A stretch of DNA of 64,000 nucleotides from a virus. The notes beneath the pieces were generated by a model, which was given only the letters and a program-made list of their open reading frames with translations, made no database searches and was not told where the DNA came from. Shown in pieces: positions 30,176 through 39,095 of this stretch. The stretch lies in IMG/VR virus record IMGVR_UViG_3300024255_000001. One strand, written 5' to 3'. The position numbers and the translations under genes are program-made. How positions within the stretch are numbered: position 1 is the stretch's first letter; every line of letters begins with the position of its first letter.

Positions 30176-30202
30176 AAGGCTAGATTTATTCATTATACGT
30201 GG

Positions 30203-30790
30203 TTATTGGTAATTGTTCCAATTAAGAAACTGTTCCCATTTGTTTTCTTTTATTAGTTTCATCCAAAGATCTACATACTTTCTCTCTTTAGGTTTAAGTA
30301 TATGTCTTGGTTGCTCAGGTATCAGTCGTTGTTGTTTATCAGGATCGAACTTCTTACCTAAGGCTATTGATTTAATATGGAAGTAAAACTCTCTAGTTGT
30401 ACCATTGAATTCTTCCATCTCTTCTAGAATTCTATCCTGTCCAACACCAAACTCTTCTGATAGTTTTTCTCTTAACTTATGAAGTAGTTTATGTTCAGCT
30501 TCAAGATGAGCTTTCATAATTAAGTTCTGTCTCTTTCTGTATTGTTTTCTTTCTGGTTGGATTTGTTCTAGGTAAGACTCTTCAGTTAGCCAAGGCTTTT
30601 CTTTTTTAAGAGCCTTCTCTTTTTGCTCAAAGATCAATTCTTCTAGCATATATTCTCTACCAAGATTATCAACCTCGTATTCGCCGAACTCAATCCTCTG
30701 TTGCAATTCACTAGCAGCCTTGTACAGCATTTGCTTAGGCATATTTCTTACGCCCCAGAATCTACGCCACCATGTAAATTGCCTACTCAT
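30203..30790 (-). CDS. Hypothetical protein
   Basis: 195-aa ORF. Confidence 0.7.
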   Translation of the reverse strand: MSRQFTWWRRFWGVRNMPKQMLYKAASELQQRIEFGEYEVDNLGREYMLEELIFEQKEKALKKEKPWLTEESYLEQIQPERKQYRKRQNLIMKAHLEAEHKLLHKLREKLSEEFGVGQDRILEEMEEFNGTTREFYFHIKSIALGKKFDPDKQQRLIPEQPRHILKPKERKYVDLWMKLIKENKWEQFLNWNNYQ

Positions 30791-30978
30791 TAGATTCGAT
30801 CTAGTTCTGCAATTAATTCATCGATAGAACCAATTGCTAATTCACATTCGTTTGTTTCAGACTCGCCGTCTTCTACTTCGGTTACTGCTAGAAAGTATAA
30901 GTCTCTAACTTCTTCGTCTAATTGCGGGTATTGTTTTGAAACCCCTTCTGCGTAATTTTTTAATTCTGATAATGTCAT
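30790..30978 (-). CDS. Small acidic hypothetical protein
   Basis: 62-aa ORF with promoter motif at 31007-31033. Confidence 0.65.
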   Translation of the reverse strand: MTLSELKNYAEGVSKQYPQLDEEVRDLYFLAVTEVEDGESETNECELAIGSIDELIAELDRI

Positions 30979-31030
30979 AGTTTAATTTATTTAGGTTATA
31001 CAGTTATTATAGTTTAAAATTGGTTAATGT

Positions 31031-31279
31031 TTATGGTTTGAATCTGCCTAAAGAGCTATTGAATTCGTCTTCCTCTATTTTGCGGATTCTGTCTGATTCT
31101 TCTCTTGCATCTGCCCAATCATCTGCAAATTTACACATGATTTTCTTTTCTTCAGGTAAGAATGTTTTAGCAATTGCGATTGCATATTCCATACCTTGCC
31201 AAACTTCTTTTGGACTATTTTCTAATTCTTCTTGCATTGCCTCTATTAACAACGCGACTGGTGTTTGTCTTTTACTCAT
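31031..31279 (-). CDS. Hypothetical protein
   Basis: 82-aa ORF. Confidence 0.65.
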   Translation of the reverse strand: MSKRQTPVALLIEAMQEELENSPKEVWQGMEYAIAIAKTFLPEEKKIMCKFADDWADAREESDRIRKIEEDEFNSSLGRFKP

Positions 31280-31793
31280 AAGCTGCGGGTGATGTTAAAC
31301 CAGAATATGCACAGTATTCTTTCTCGCTGTCATAAACTAGTGTTGCGTTAAACGTTTCGATTAATTTCTTTTCATTAAATCCTGCGTGGCCATGGATTGA
31401 TTTACCTCCAGTTGCTTTCGCTTCTAAGACTGGCATGATAACATCAGTCGCTACCTCGTAGATTTTCTTGATAGTAACTCCATCTCTGACGGCAAAGTAC
31501 ATGTTATTCGTTTGTGCGTACTTTTCGATTTTGTTTTCAGATAACCAATGGAACTGGAAAGTACCAGATTTACCCTTGTTTCTCATATTAATTGCCTTGT
31601 ACTCTGTTGGAGTTTTAGTGACATCTAAGGCGTCTCCACCCTGAGTATTGTTACCATACTCATGGCCTAAATGATTTGCCATGAACATCTCTATGAACCT
31701 CTCATTATAGAATATATTGTCAAGTCCTAGTTCGTCTTTGGCGATCTGTTCTGCCTCTTGCAGAAGTGATTGTATTTGTTGTATTGCTTTCAT
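31272..31793 (-). CDS. PvuII-like PD-(D/E)xK endonuclease
   Basis: GLDNIFYN, GGDALD, TEYKAIN, KIEKYAQ, FAVRDGVTIKKIY align by eye to PvuII. Confidence 0.6.
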   Translation of the reverse strand: MKAIQQIQSLLQEAEQIAKDELGLDNIFYNERFIEMFMANHLGHEYGNNTQGGDALDVTKTPTEYKAINMRNKGKSGTFQFHWLSENKIEKYAQTNNMYFAVRDGVTIKKIYEVATDVIMPVLEAKATGGKSIHGHAGFNEKKLIETFNATLVYDSEKEYCAYSGLTSPAAYE

Positions 31794-31823
31794 ATTAGTA
31801 TAATTACATGTTTATTTTAAAAC

Positions 31824-32033
31824 TTACAAACTATGGCCAATTTTTTCATGTAATCTTTTCATGTGTTTACATGGTGAGTATGACCTAAAGCTCCTTGCGG
31901 GACATTCACAGTCCACTATTTTGTAGTCAGTTACTTTTACATTATAGTAACTGAGCTTACCGGTTTTCTTATTGCGAGATCCCATTTCTCGATAGTACCA
32001 CGAGGTACCTTTTGGATTTGTGTAGATACTCAT
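31824..32033 (-). CDS. SWIM zinc-finger protein
   Basis: CECPA...PCKH. Confidence 0.75.
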   Translation of the reverse strand: MSIYTNPKGTSWYYREMGSRNKKTGKLSYYNVKVTDYKIVDCECPARSFRSYSPCKHMKRLHEKIGHSL

Positions 32034-32347
32034 TATGCTTCTATTCTATCGTGAACAGGAATCGGCGCTCTGCCAGGAAACCTTGAATCTGAAGTGTGGA
32101 TAAAATTACCACCGAACATTGAATGTTTATTACTCTTGTAAATTCCAGCAGGAACTGCATACCAGGCATCTTCTCCGAATAGTTGTCTTTCTACTAAAAC
32201 CAATTCATCATCTGGAATTAAAGTAAGGTCTGCTAAATCAGCATCAGGGCCGTGATGTAGAACGATTGAGTCTTCTCTTGAAGTAAGACCATTGTTTGTT
32301 GAATCTCCCATGGAGTTTCTAAGTACGAATGTTAAAATGCTTGACAT
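32033..32347 (-). CDS. Hypothetical early protein
   Basis: 104 aa, GDSTNNGLTS...MFGGNFIHTSDSRF; directly after early promoter. Confidence 0.75.
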   Translation of the reverse strand: MSSILTFVLRNSMGDSTNNGLTSREDSIVLHHGPDADLADLTLIPDDELVLVERQLFGEDAWYAVPAGIYKSNKHSMFGGNFIHTSDSRFPGRAPIPVHDRIEA

Positions 32348-32359
32348 AGTTTTTGTTTG

Positions 32360-32423
32360 TTTTTAATTACAGTACTAATATACGAAAAAAAAGTGACATA
32401 AAAAAATTCTATGTCACTTTTTT
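32360..32423 (-). promoter_or_regulatory. Putative early promoter, copy 2, overlapped by a 14-bp inverted repeat
   Basis: TATGTCA-N11-TATATTAGTACTGTAATT; AAAAAAGTGACATA/TATGTCACTTTTTT. Confidence 0.7.
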
Positions 32424-32442
32424 GTTAAAGTTATTAACAATT

Positions 32443-32904
32443 TTAGAAATCACCAGGAGCAACTTGCATACAAGTTAATCCATTGTCTCTCCACATGTCA
32501 ACTACTTTCTGTCTGTCATCAAAGACACAAACGATGTCATTCTTATCATTGAAAAGTTGGTCAAGCCATATTTGCTTAAGCTTGTCATCAGGCATGAACA
32601 TAAAGTCCTTGCTTGTAGGTCTCAGCTTCAGTACATCAAACGGTACATTATGCTTTTTCAACCAAGCTTTAGTAGCATCTTTAGTAGCTTTACTTCTACC
32701 ACTAAGAATAACAATCATGTGGCCAGCTGCGTCAAGCATTTGAGCCATCGCAATCACTGCATGGTTTGGTTGGTCAAGGTCGATGTTCTTAGGATCGAAG
32801 AATACATCCCAATCCATCTTGCCATCTGGCTTCTTAGAAATCTTTCTCCTATCATCAATAAGAGCTAAAGTTCCATCGAGGTCGAAAATTACTTTTTTAT
32901 CCAT
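32443..32904 (-). CDS. HAD phosphatase, polynucleotide kinase 3'-phosphatase (PseT C-terminal)-like
   Basis: IFDLDGTLA, LSGR, VFDDRQKVVDMWR. Confidence 0.85.
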   Translation of the reverse strand: MDKKVIFDLDGTLALIDDRRKISKKPDGKMDWDVFFDPKNIDLDQPNHAVIAMAQMLDAAGHMIVILSGRSKATKDATKAWLKKHNVPFDVLKLRPTSKDFMFMPDDKLKQIWLDQLFNDKNDIVCVFDDRQKVVDMWRDNGLTCMQVAPGDF

Positions 32905-32912
32905 ATTATTAG

Positions 32913-32978
32913 TTTTTAATTATAGTACTAATATAATCAATTTTTCTGACATAAAAAAATCTAGAGGCAATTATTTTG
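32913..32978 (-). promoter_or_regulatory. Putative early promoter, copy 3
   Basis: AAAATAATTGCCTCTAGATTTTTTTATGTCA-N11-TATATTAGTACT. Confidence 0.7.
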
Positions 32979-33201
32979 CAATTATTTTGCGGACTTCGCT
33001 AAATCGGCGTTCCATATTAGCAGCCTCTTCTAATGTAAATACATCTAAGTCTTGAAATAAAAGACCTGATGCAGTTTCTACAAAAAGAACATCATCTCCT
33101 AAAGGTACAATATCTAAAACTTCATATACAGTAGAATCTTCTATTCTAACAACATGTGTTGTATCTAGAACTCTCATGATTCTATCATGCATATCCATCA
33201 T
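32971..33201 (-). CDS. Hypothetical protein
   Basis: 76-aa ORF. Confidence 0.6.
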   Translation of the reverse strand: MMDMHDRIMRVLDTTHVVRIEDSTVYEVLDIVPLGDDVLFVETASGLLFQDLDVFTLEEAANMERRFSEVRKIIAK

Positions 33202-33431
33202 AAAGATCTATTTTTTATTTTAAGAATTTTCTTAAACTCTGTTAATTGTTTCTCACAGAATTGAGCTTGTCTTTCAGTCTTTTCAAAATGAGATAAGTAT
33301 TTCTCTAAGTTAGCTACATAGTTATATGCGCCTTCAAGTTGTATTGCATTATGACATGAACTAATTACCTTTGAAGTCTTTCTCATTAGATCAAAGATGT
33401 AGTCCATATTAGTTTTAAAAATCCAATCCAT
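33198..33431 (-). CDS. Hypothetical protein
   Basis: 77-aa ORF. Confidence 0.6.
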   Translation of the reverse strand: MDWIFKTNMDYIFDLMRKTSKVISSCHNAIQLEGAYNYVANLEKYLSHFEKTERQAQFCEKQLTEFKKILKIKNRSL

Positions 33432-33432
33432 T

Positions 33433-33894
33433 TTAGGGTTGTAAATAGTTTAATATACTTTTCCAATCTGGAAATGAATCACTTCCAAACTGAATCAACT
33501 CACCGCTGAATTCACCAGCTCCATTCTTAGTTCTATCATCGATGAGGTAGTCGCCCATGTTTAGGTTTTTATTATGAGACAGAATAAGTCTCTTGTAAGC
33601 GCCTTCACCTAGGTACTTGTCAACCCACAATCTTTTGTGCATCCATGCTGATGGATTTCCCCATGGCGCAGTACTTAAGATATAGCAGTCATATTTGTCT
33701 GAGTTGACAAACTTATTGAATGCATCTATTGCACCTTTCATTGGAGGTGGGTCTAAAAAGAGCGCAGGCATCTGATCTACTAGATCTAATTCTTCTGCTC
33801 TCTTAACTGCTTCTGGAGGGTACTCGGCTATTTTAGCTGCTAGATCTACTAACACACCATCCATATCAAAATATATTATTTTCTTATTCTCCAT
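33433..33894 (-). CDS. 5'(3')-deoxyribonucleotidase (NT5C family)
   Basis: YFDMDGVLVD, LSTAPW, GDYLIDDR. Confidence 0.9.
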   Translation of the reverse strand: MENKKIIYFDMDGVLVDLAAKIAEYPPEAVKRAEELDLVDQMPALFLDPPPMKGAIDAFNKFVNSDKYDCYILSTAPWGNPSAWMHKRLWVDKYLGEGAYKRLILSHNKNLNMGDYLIDDRTKNGAGEFSGELIQFGSDSFPDWKSILNYLQP

Positions 33895-34093
33895 CCTTTG
33901 ACTTTATAGTAGCTTTTGTACCTGGAAATAAAATGTAATACAAGAGCATTAAGCCAAACATTTGCCATGGCCCAACAGGATTAGCCCAAGTAACTGCTTC
34001 AGTTAAAACAACATTCCATAAGTATGTTGCTGTTAAAACAGCCAAAGGTACTGCTAAAAAAATAATTAGTAGTGGTCCGATTAAATTCTTCAT
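33884..34093 (-). CDS. Small membrane protein (early)
   Basis: Two hydrophobic segments; after early promoter copy 4. Confidence 0.7.
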   Translation of the reverse strand: MKNLIGPLLIIFLAVPLAVLTATYLWNVVLTEAVTWANPVGPWQMFGLMLLYYILFPGTKATIKSKDGE

Positions 34094-34101
34094 ATATTTA
34101 G

Positions 34102-34152
34102 TTTTAATTAGAGTACTAATATAATCATTTTTTCTGACATAGAAAAATTATT
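34102..34152 (-). promoter_or_regulatory. Putative early promoter, copy 4
   Basis: TATGTCA-N11-TATATTAGTACTCTAATTAAAA. Confidence 0.65.
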
Positions 34153-34279
34153 TAGTACTTTTTTTGTTTGTTTTCTCTTTCTTTAGGTTTTTTACAACTT
34201 CTTTTAACTTACTGTGACCAATGCCTTGTTTTGCCATTGCCCTTAATGTTGCTATTGATAGTTGTTTAGGTTTTTCCAT
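34148..34279 (-). CDS. Small basic hypothetical protein (start revised to MEKPKQ)
   Basis: 43-aa ORF; avoids long overlap. Confidence 0.45.
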   Translation of the reverse strand: MEKPKQLSIATLRAMAKQGIGHSKLKEVVKNLKKEKTNKKSTK

Positions 34280-34523
34280 ATTTGTTAATAACCTCGTATT
34301 TCTTAATGTTATATTTCTTTTGCCATGTTTCAATAAAAACTTCACCTATCCCCAATTCTAGAATGTCATATTTGTGGTCAACCACGGGTTTTGTAGCTCT
34401 TCCATTATTTAAAATATCCACATGAATATCAGTTACAATCATATAGTATTTCTTTCCTGTTTTGGTTTTTCTATAAACCACTACATTTGTAGGTTTTCCT
34501 TTTTCTTTCCAGGGTAATTTCAT
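34266..34523 (-). CDS. Hypothetical protein (start revised to MKLPWK)
   Basis: ATGA overlap with upstream gene. Confidence 0.55.
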   Translation of the reverse strand: MKLPWKEKGKPTNVVVYRKTKTGKKYYMIVTDIHVDILNNGRATKPVVDHKYDILELGIGEVFIETWQKKYNIKKYEVINKYGKT

Positions 34524-34870
34524 GATGTCTTCCAAAAAAGTTGTACACAAATTAACAGTGCTGCTAATCCTAAACTAACCCATGTTTTCATAGTAATGCC
34601 TTCGCCCATAAAATAGTATGTTAAAAAGGCAAATGATGTAATACCCATTGAAAAGCCTAAGAATCTTCCAGGCCAAAGTAATCCATCATAATGCTCTGCA
34701 ATTAATCTAGTTCCATGAATAAAGAAATAGCTAATTGTAGTTCCACCGACAAGAGCTAAGAGTAAAGTATTTCTTTTAGCCCATGGTGAAATAAATTGTC
34801 CGTTAGTTTGAAACCAAATTAGAGTCTGTCCTATTAAAAAACATAGGATGCCTAATACTAGACCTCTCAA
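34520..34870 (-). CDS. Four-TM membrane protein (DMT/SMR-like)
   Basis: Four hydrophobic helices; TTG start overlapping rnhB stop. Confidence 0.6.
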   Translation of the reverse strand: MRGLVLGILCFLIGQTLIWFQTNGQFISPWAKRNTLLLALVGGTTISYFFIHGTRLIAEHYDGLLWPGRFLGFSMGITSFAFLTYYFMGEGITMKTWVSLGLAALLICVQLFWKTS

Positions 34871-35493
34871 AATAATTGATTTGTGGTAGTTAATAAATGT
34901 GAGCAAAAAGATTCTCTATGGTGGTCAGTTAATCCAGACTCTTTAATAGCCGTAATATGCTGTTTAGTTCCATATCCTTTATTAGAACCCCATCCATATA
35001 CATTACCACCTTCAATAGACTTCATATATGCATCTCTTTCAGTCTTTGCTAAAATACTTGCAGCTGCAATACTCGTATAGATATTATCACCACCAACTAT
35101 AGTTCCAAATGGTTTACCATCAAATCCATGAAATTGATCTCCATCAACTAGAATAAAACCAAAGTCGTGTTTTTTTGCAGTGGCATCAAGAGCCCTCCTC
35201 ATGCCTTCTAATGTAGCCTTTAAAATATTAGTATTCTCTATATCTTCTACTCCAACGTGTTGAATAGAGTATGCTAACGCGTTGTCTAAGATCATCTGTC
35301 TAGCTTCTGCACGTTGACTTTCATTTAGAAGTTTAGAATCTTTAATAAGTTCATGTTGGAATCCGAATGGCATAATACATGCCGCTACAGTTACTGGCCC
35401 GGCGAGTGCGCCTCTACCAGCTTCATCTACACCAACCTCTATAATATTAGGGTCGTTTAAATGACTGCTCTTTAAAATAATGCGTTTAGACAT
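34867..35493 (-). CDS. rnhB: Ribonuclease HII
   Basis: GVDEAGRGALAGPV, KDSKLL, LVDG, SIAAASILAK, NKGYGT, HRESF. Confidence 0.95.
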   Translation of the reverse strand: MSKRIILKSSHLNDPNIIEVGVDEAGRGALAGPVTVAACIMPFGFQHELIKDSKLLNESQRAEARQMILDNALAYSIQHVGVEDIENTNILKATLEGMRRALDATAKKHDFGFILVDGDQFHGFDGKPFGTIVGGDNIYTSIAAASILAKTERDAYMKSIEGGNVYGWGSNKGYGTKQHITAIKESGLTDHHRESFCSHLLTTTNQLF

Positions 35494-35520
35494 AGATATA
35501 ACTTGTTTAGTAGTTATATC

Positions 35521-36003
35521 CTAAAATAGCTTATTGTTTCTAATTTTACTACTAGCAGATAAATCAGCTGGTCGATCCCACCTCATTTGAACTTCCTTCT
35601 GATAGAAGCCACATTTCTCATAAAAACCTATATTATCTTCTGAACAATTAAGAACTACTTTATAGCAACCTCTTTCGACCGCTAAGTCTTTTAGTCTTTC
35701 AATTAATAGTTTACCTAGGCCTCTACTTCCAGCGTGCTTAGAAACTGCAACATCTTCTATTTGAGCAACTCTATTACCACCTCTAATTAATTTATTGATA
35801 GTAATTAATGAAGCAACTCCTACCACATAACCACCTTCTTCTGCAACATAGTAGTGAATATTAGGATTATCTAAAATATTCCACCACTGTCTATTAGATG
35901 GACTGGTCTTACCATTAAAGGCTTCTGTATAAATATCACAGATAGGTTCTAAATCCTCGTAAGTTGCTTTACGAATCTTTACTTTTTGTTCTGAATTTTC
36001 CAT
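35521..36003 (-). CDS. GNAT acetyltransferase, glucosamine-6-phosphate N-acetyltransferase (GNA1)-like
   Basis: KLIRGGNRVAQIEDVAV, GLGKLLI, GCYKVVLNCSEDNIGFYEKCGF. Confidence 0.75.
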   Translation of the reverse strand: MENSEQKVKIRKATYEDLEPICDIYTEAFNGKTSPSNRQWWNILDNPNIHYYVAEEGGYVVGVASLITINKLIRGGNRVAQIEDVAVSKHAGSRGLGKLLIERLKDLAVERGCYKVVLNCSEDNIGFYEKCGFYQKEVQMRWDRPADLSASSKIRNNKLF

Positions 36004-36659
36004 TTGTCATATCGTGTCACGACCTCTTGAAGTATTTTAGCCCTAACAATATCTGACTCAGTAAAGATATGAGTACTAATGCCTCTTATACCTTCTAATA
36101 ATTCTATAAAACCAGGAAGACTAACTTGCGAAGCTGCAATATCTGCTTGGCTTACATCCCCTGTAACTACCACTTTACTTGACTTACCCATTCTTGTTAC
36201 AAATAACATCAACTGTTTATATGTTGCGTTCTGTGCTTCATCAAGAATCATTAGGGCATCATCAAAAGTATCTCCTCTCATATAGGCTAGTGGTTCGAAT
36301 CGAATTACTTTTTTATCAAATAAGGTTTTAGTTAGCTCAACACCGATTATCTTTTCTATATTAGATTTGTAAGATCTCATATAAGGATCTACTTTATCAT
36401 TAATATCTCCTGGTAAGTGACCCAACTTTTCACCCGCTTCTTGGATCGGCTTACATAATATAATTTCTTTAATCTTCTTTTCTTGCAACATTTCTAGCGC
36501 AGTATAACACGCTGTAAATGTTTTCGAAGTTCCAGCTGGTCCGTAACAAAACGTAATATCATTTTTATCAATAGTATCTACGTAATTTCTTTGGTTAGGT
36601 TTTAATTGAATTCTTTTCAATCCTGCTGTAATCGATGCTGCTCTAGAGGTTCTTGCCAT
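35979..36659 (-). CDS. phoH: PhoH-family ATPase
   Basis: GPAGTSKT, LGHLPGD, PLAYMRGDTF, ILDEAQN, TRMG, VTGDVSQ. Confidence 0.95.
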   Translation of the reverse strand: MARTSRAASITAGLKRIQLKPNQRNYVDTIDKNDITFCYGPAGTSKTFTACYTALEMLQEKKIKEIILCKPIQEAGEKLGHLPGDINDKVDPYMRSYKSNIEKIIGVELTKTLFDKKVIRFEPLAYMRGDTFDDALMILDEAQNATYKQLMLFVTRMGKSSKVVVTGDVSQADIAASQVSLPGFIELLEGIRGISTHIFTESDIVRAKILQEVVTRYDKWKIQNKK

Positions 36660-36672
36660 AGTTTTAATTTAT

Positions 36673-36969
36673 TTAATCACCGGCCATTATGACCAGTTCA
36701 CGTAGTTTCATTAACTTATTACATTTTTCATACTCTTCTAGAGATTCAAAATATTTTATCATTAAGTCAATAAACTTAGACCTTTGTGAAATTCCATGTG
36801 GAATTTCTATTAAACGGTCCTCATCTTTAAATGCGACGAAGCGGTTTACAGTCTTTGTAAAATTCCTAGTTATCTGATAATAACTTGCCCTCATTATGCT
36901 GTCTTTATCGGAGTTTGATACAAATCCGCTCATCTCAGTTACTGTAATTTTTTGGTTGTTACTAACCAT
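36673..36969 (-). CDS. UVR (UvrB/C)-like motif protein, paralogue 1
   Basis: C-terminal MIKYFESLEEYEKCNKL. Confidence 0.6.
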   Translation of the reverse strand: MVSNNQKITVTEMSGFVSNSDKDSIMRASYYQITRNFTKTVNRFVAFKDEDRLIEIPHGISQRSKFIDLMIKYFESLEEYEKCNKLMKLRELVIMAGD

Positions 36970-37052
36970 GTTATATATTTTAGTTACTCCCTATCTAAAG
37001 CTAAATAAAGAGTTGAAATTATTAGTATATTATTCTAATACACGGTCAAAAA

Positions 37053-37253
37053 TTAAAGTTGTTGATCTTCTCTTGTTTTTAGCTGCTGTATGTATTTAGC
37101 TTTTTGCTTTTGCAGTCTTTTCTCTTGAGAAGGTTTTGTGAATTGTTTGCGATCTCTTAACGCGCGAAGTTGTTTTGTTCTAATTACTTTAGATTTAAGT
37201 TGTTTTAGAGCTTTTTCAATATTGGTTTTCTTATCTAGTTTTATTATTAACAT
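37053..37253 (-). CDS. rpsU: Ribosomal protein bS21 (Bacteroidota type)
   Basis: MLII...NIEKALKQLKSKV...LRDRKQFTKPSQEKRLQKQKAKYIQ. Confidence 0.85.
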   Translation of the reverse strand: MLIIKLDKKTNIEKALKQLKSKVIRTKQLRALRDRKQFTKPSQEKRLQKQKAKYIQQLKTREDQQL

Positions 37254-37522
37254 AAATTTTGATTTACTTGTTGCTGCATTTCATATAATTTAGCACACTT
37301 TTCGAAATCTTCACGGTCTTCATAATGTTTTAACATATTGCCTAATAGCTCAATTTTTCGGTCGGCTGGCATGTCTGATAAAATAACGTATGCTGGATGT
37401 TCCATCATCGCTTGATACAATGCAGTGAAAAAAGTAGACTTATTACTAACCATTAGGCCTTCGATAATAATATCCCACCTAGAGTTCATTCTTCGTCTAT
37501 TTTTTCTAAAAAATTTATCCAT
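37247..37522 (-). CDS. UVR-like motif protein, paralogue 2
   Basis: C-terminal MLKHYEDREDFEKCAKL. Confidence 0.6.
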   Translation of the reverse strand: MDKFFRKNRRRMNSRWDIIIEGLMVSNKSTFFTALYQAMMEHPAYVILSDMPADRKIELLGNMLKHYEDREDFEKCAKLYEMQQQVNQNLC

Positions 37523-37571
37523 GATTTTATTATGTACTTTCTTTATATATTCCAGCTTTATTGTTTTTAAT

Positions 37572-38153
37572 TCAAAATATCTTTATGGCTTTTTTATACA
37601 AATGTCCGTTTGCCACAGCTTCATAGTTTTTAGTATACGGAAACACCACCTCTCTAGACCACATTCCATCTTTCCATTTACCATCTTCACTTAAATGTTT
37701 ACTATCACCATTTTTGATAAAAGTATTTGAAAAATGATATATTGTTTTTTTAGTAGACGCCCATGCCGGTGGATTAGGATTTCCATTATGCATTTTATAG
37801 TAGCCTTGGATTTGTGGGTTTTGTTGCCATTCATATAAATCAAATAATTCATCTAAATAAACTACATCTGGGTATATCCCATACTTAAAACCTAAATGTG
37901 TAATCCAAGTCATAGCAGATCTAATATTACTAGGAATATAGGGTCCTGTAATTACAAAATCAGCATCCCAAGAAATCCAATCTTCTAAAATACTACCAGT
38001 TAAATGAAGCTCATGTTCACTAAATAAATATGGTTTACTTTTAATCTCTTTTAAAAAATCTTGAAACTTTTCATTTTCAAAAGAGTCAATACCATACCAG
38101 ACGTCTGATTTATAGCCGCCGTATTCAATAAGAGAATTATCCTTTGGAGTCAT
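37572..38153 (-). CDS. Putative nucleotidyltransferase-fold protein
   Basis: LTGSILEDWISWDADFVI (GS...DxD) and a later YPDV. Confidence 0.5.
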   Translation of the reverse strand: MTPKDNSLIEYGGYKSDVWYGIDSFENEKFQDFLKEIKSKPYLFSEHELHLTGSILEDWISWDADFVITGPYIPSNIRSAMTWITHLGFKYGIYPDVVYLDELFDLYEWQQNPQIQGYYKMHNGNPNPPAWASTKKTIYHFSNTFIKNGDSKHLSEDGKWKDGMWSREVVFPYTKNYEAVANGHLYKKAIKIF

Positions 38154-38937
38154 TTATTTTCTTAATATATTCAATTTGTGTATCATTTAACTCAGGGAAG
38201 CTAGCATTTATTTTACAAAGAAGACTACCTCTAATCTGAGTATCGTAATTAGGCCATCCCTTTTCACGAACCCTTAATACTTTACCGGGCGTTGTTGCCT
38301 TTGGCACATGAATTGTAATCGGACCATCTAATGTAGATATTGTAATTTTAGTACCTGCCATAATTTCATACCATGGTAGACTTACTTCTACCCATATATC
38401 ATTATTTTGGTCTATAATAAATTCTGAACTCATTCTTACATGAATGTTCACTAATAAGTCTCCAGGTGGTAGTGAGCTATTAAATGGATGTGCTTGCCCT
38501 TTACCTGCTAATTTAAACCTTTGTCCAGTTTTAACACCTGGTTTTAAATTAATAGTAGACTCATATCCATTTACTTGAAATGTTTTACTACACCCTTGAA
38601 ATGCTTCTTCAAATGAAATGTGCATATCTACTTTAATATCAGCACCTCTTGTTTGTTGGCGCCTTTGGTCACCAAAGAATTGATTGAATAGATCTCCGAA
38701 GTTACCATCCATTCCACCCATGTTACCAAAGCTGGCAAATGGATTATCTTGCATAGCATTATACTGTTGACGTTTTTGTTCATCGCCAACTACAGCATAA
38801 GCGTCTGCAATTTCTTTAAACTTATTTTCATCACCACCTCGATCTGGGTGATATTGCATACTAAGTTTCCTATAAGCTTTCTTAATTTCTGACTGAGTTG
38901 CTGTTTTGTCTACGCCTAAAGTTGCATAGTGGCTCAC
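38137..38937 (-). CDS. dnaJ: DnaJ/CbpA-class co-chaperone (J domain plus C-terminal domains, no Zn finger)
   Basis: EIKKAYRKLSMQYHPDR, G/F region, RGADI, LAGKG, PGDLLV. Confidence 0.9.
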   Translation of the reverse strand: MSHYATLGVDKTATQSEIKKAYRKLSMQYHPDRGGDENKFKEIADAYAVVGDEQKRQQYNAMQDNPFASFGNMGGMDGNFGDLFNQFFGDQRRQQTRGADIKVDMHISFEEAFQGCSKTFQVNGYESTINLKPGVKTGQRFKLAGKGQAHPFNSSLPPGDLLVNIHVRMSSEFIIDQNNDIWVEVSLPWYEIMAGTKITISTLDGPITIHVPKATTPGKVLRVREKGWPNYDTQIRGSLLCKINASFPELNDTQIEYIKKINDSKG

Positions 38938-39095
38938 TCGCTTTCAGATTTAGATTGTCTTATTTCACGAACCTGTAAGGACTCTAGTTTAGCTTTTCTT
39001 TTCTCAGCTACAGTCTCACGTTTGTTCTTTGCTTCCATTGCGTCGGCAATTCTCTTAAGTTGTTTTGCTATTTCGCTAGCTGTCTTTTCGTCCAT
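38934..39095 (-). CDS. 53-aa helical protein not in the ORF track (MDEKTASEIAKQLKRIADAME...)
   Basis: Fills the gap; its stop overlaps the GTG start of dnaJ. Confidence 0.55.
   Translation of the reverse strand: MDEKTASEIAKQLKRIADAMEAKNKRETVAEKRKAKLESLQVREIRQSKSESE

Noticed and set aside
5169-37253. Bacterial chromosome suggested by rpsA, rpsU, rnhB, dnaJ and phoH
   Set aside because: Genes are isolated among phage genes, divergent, and lack their usual bacterial operon neighbours
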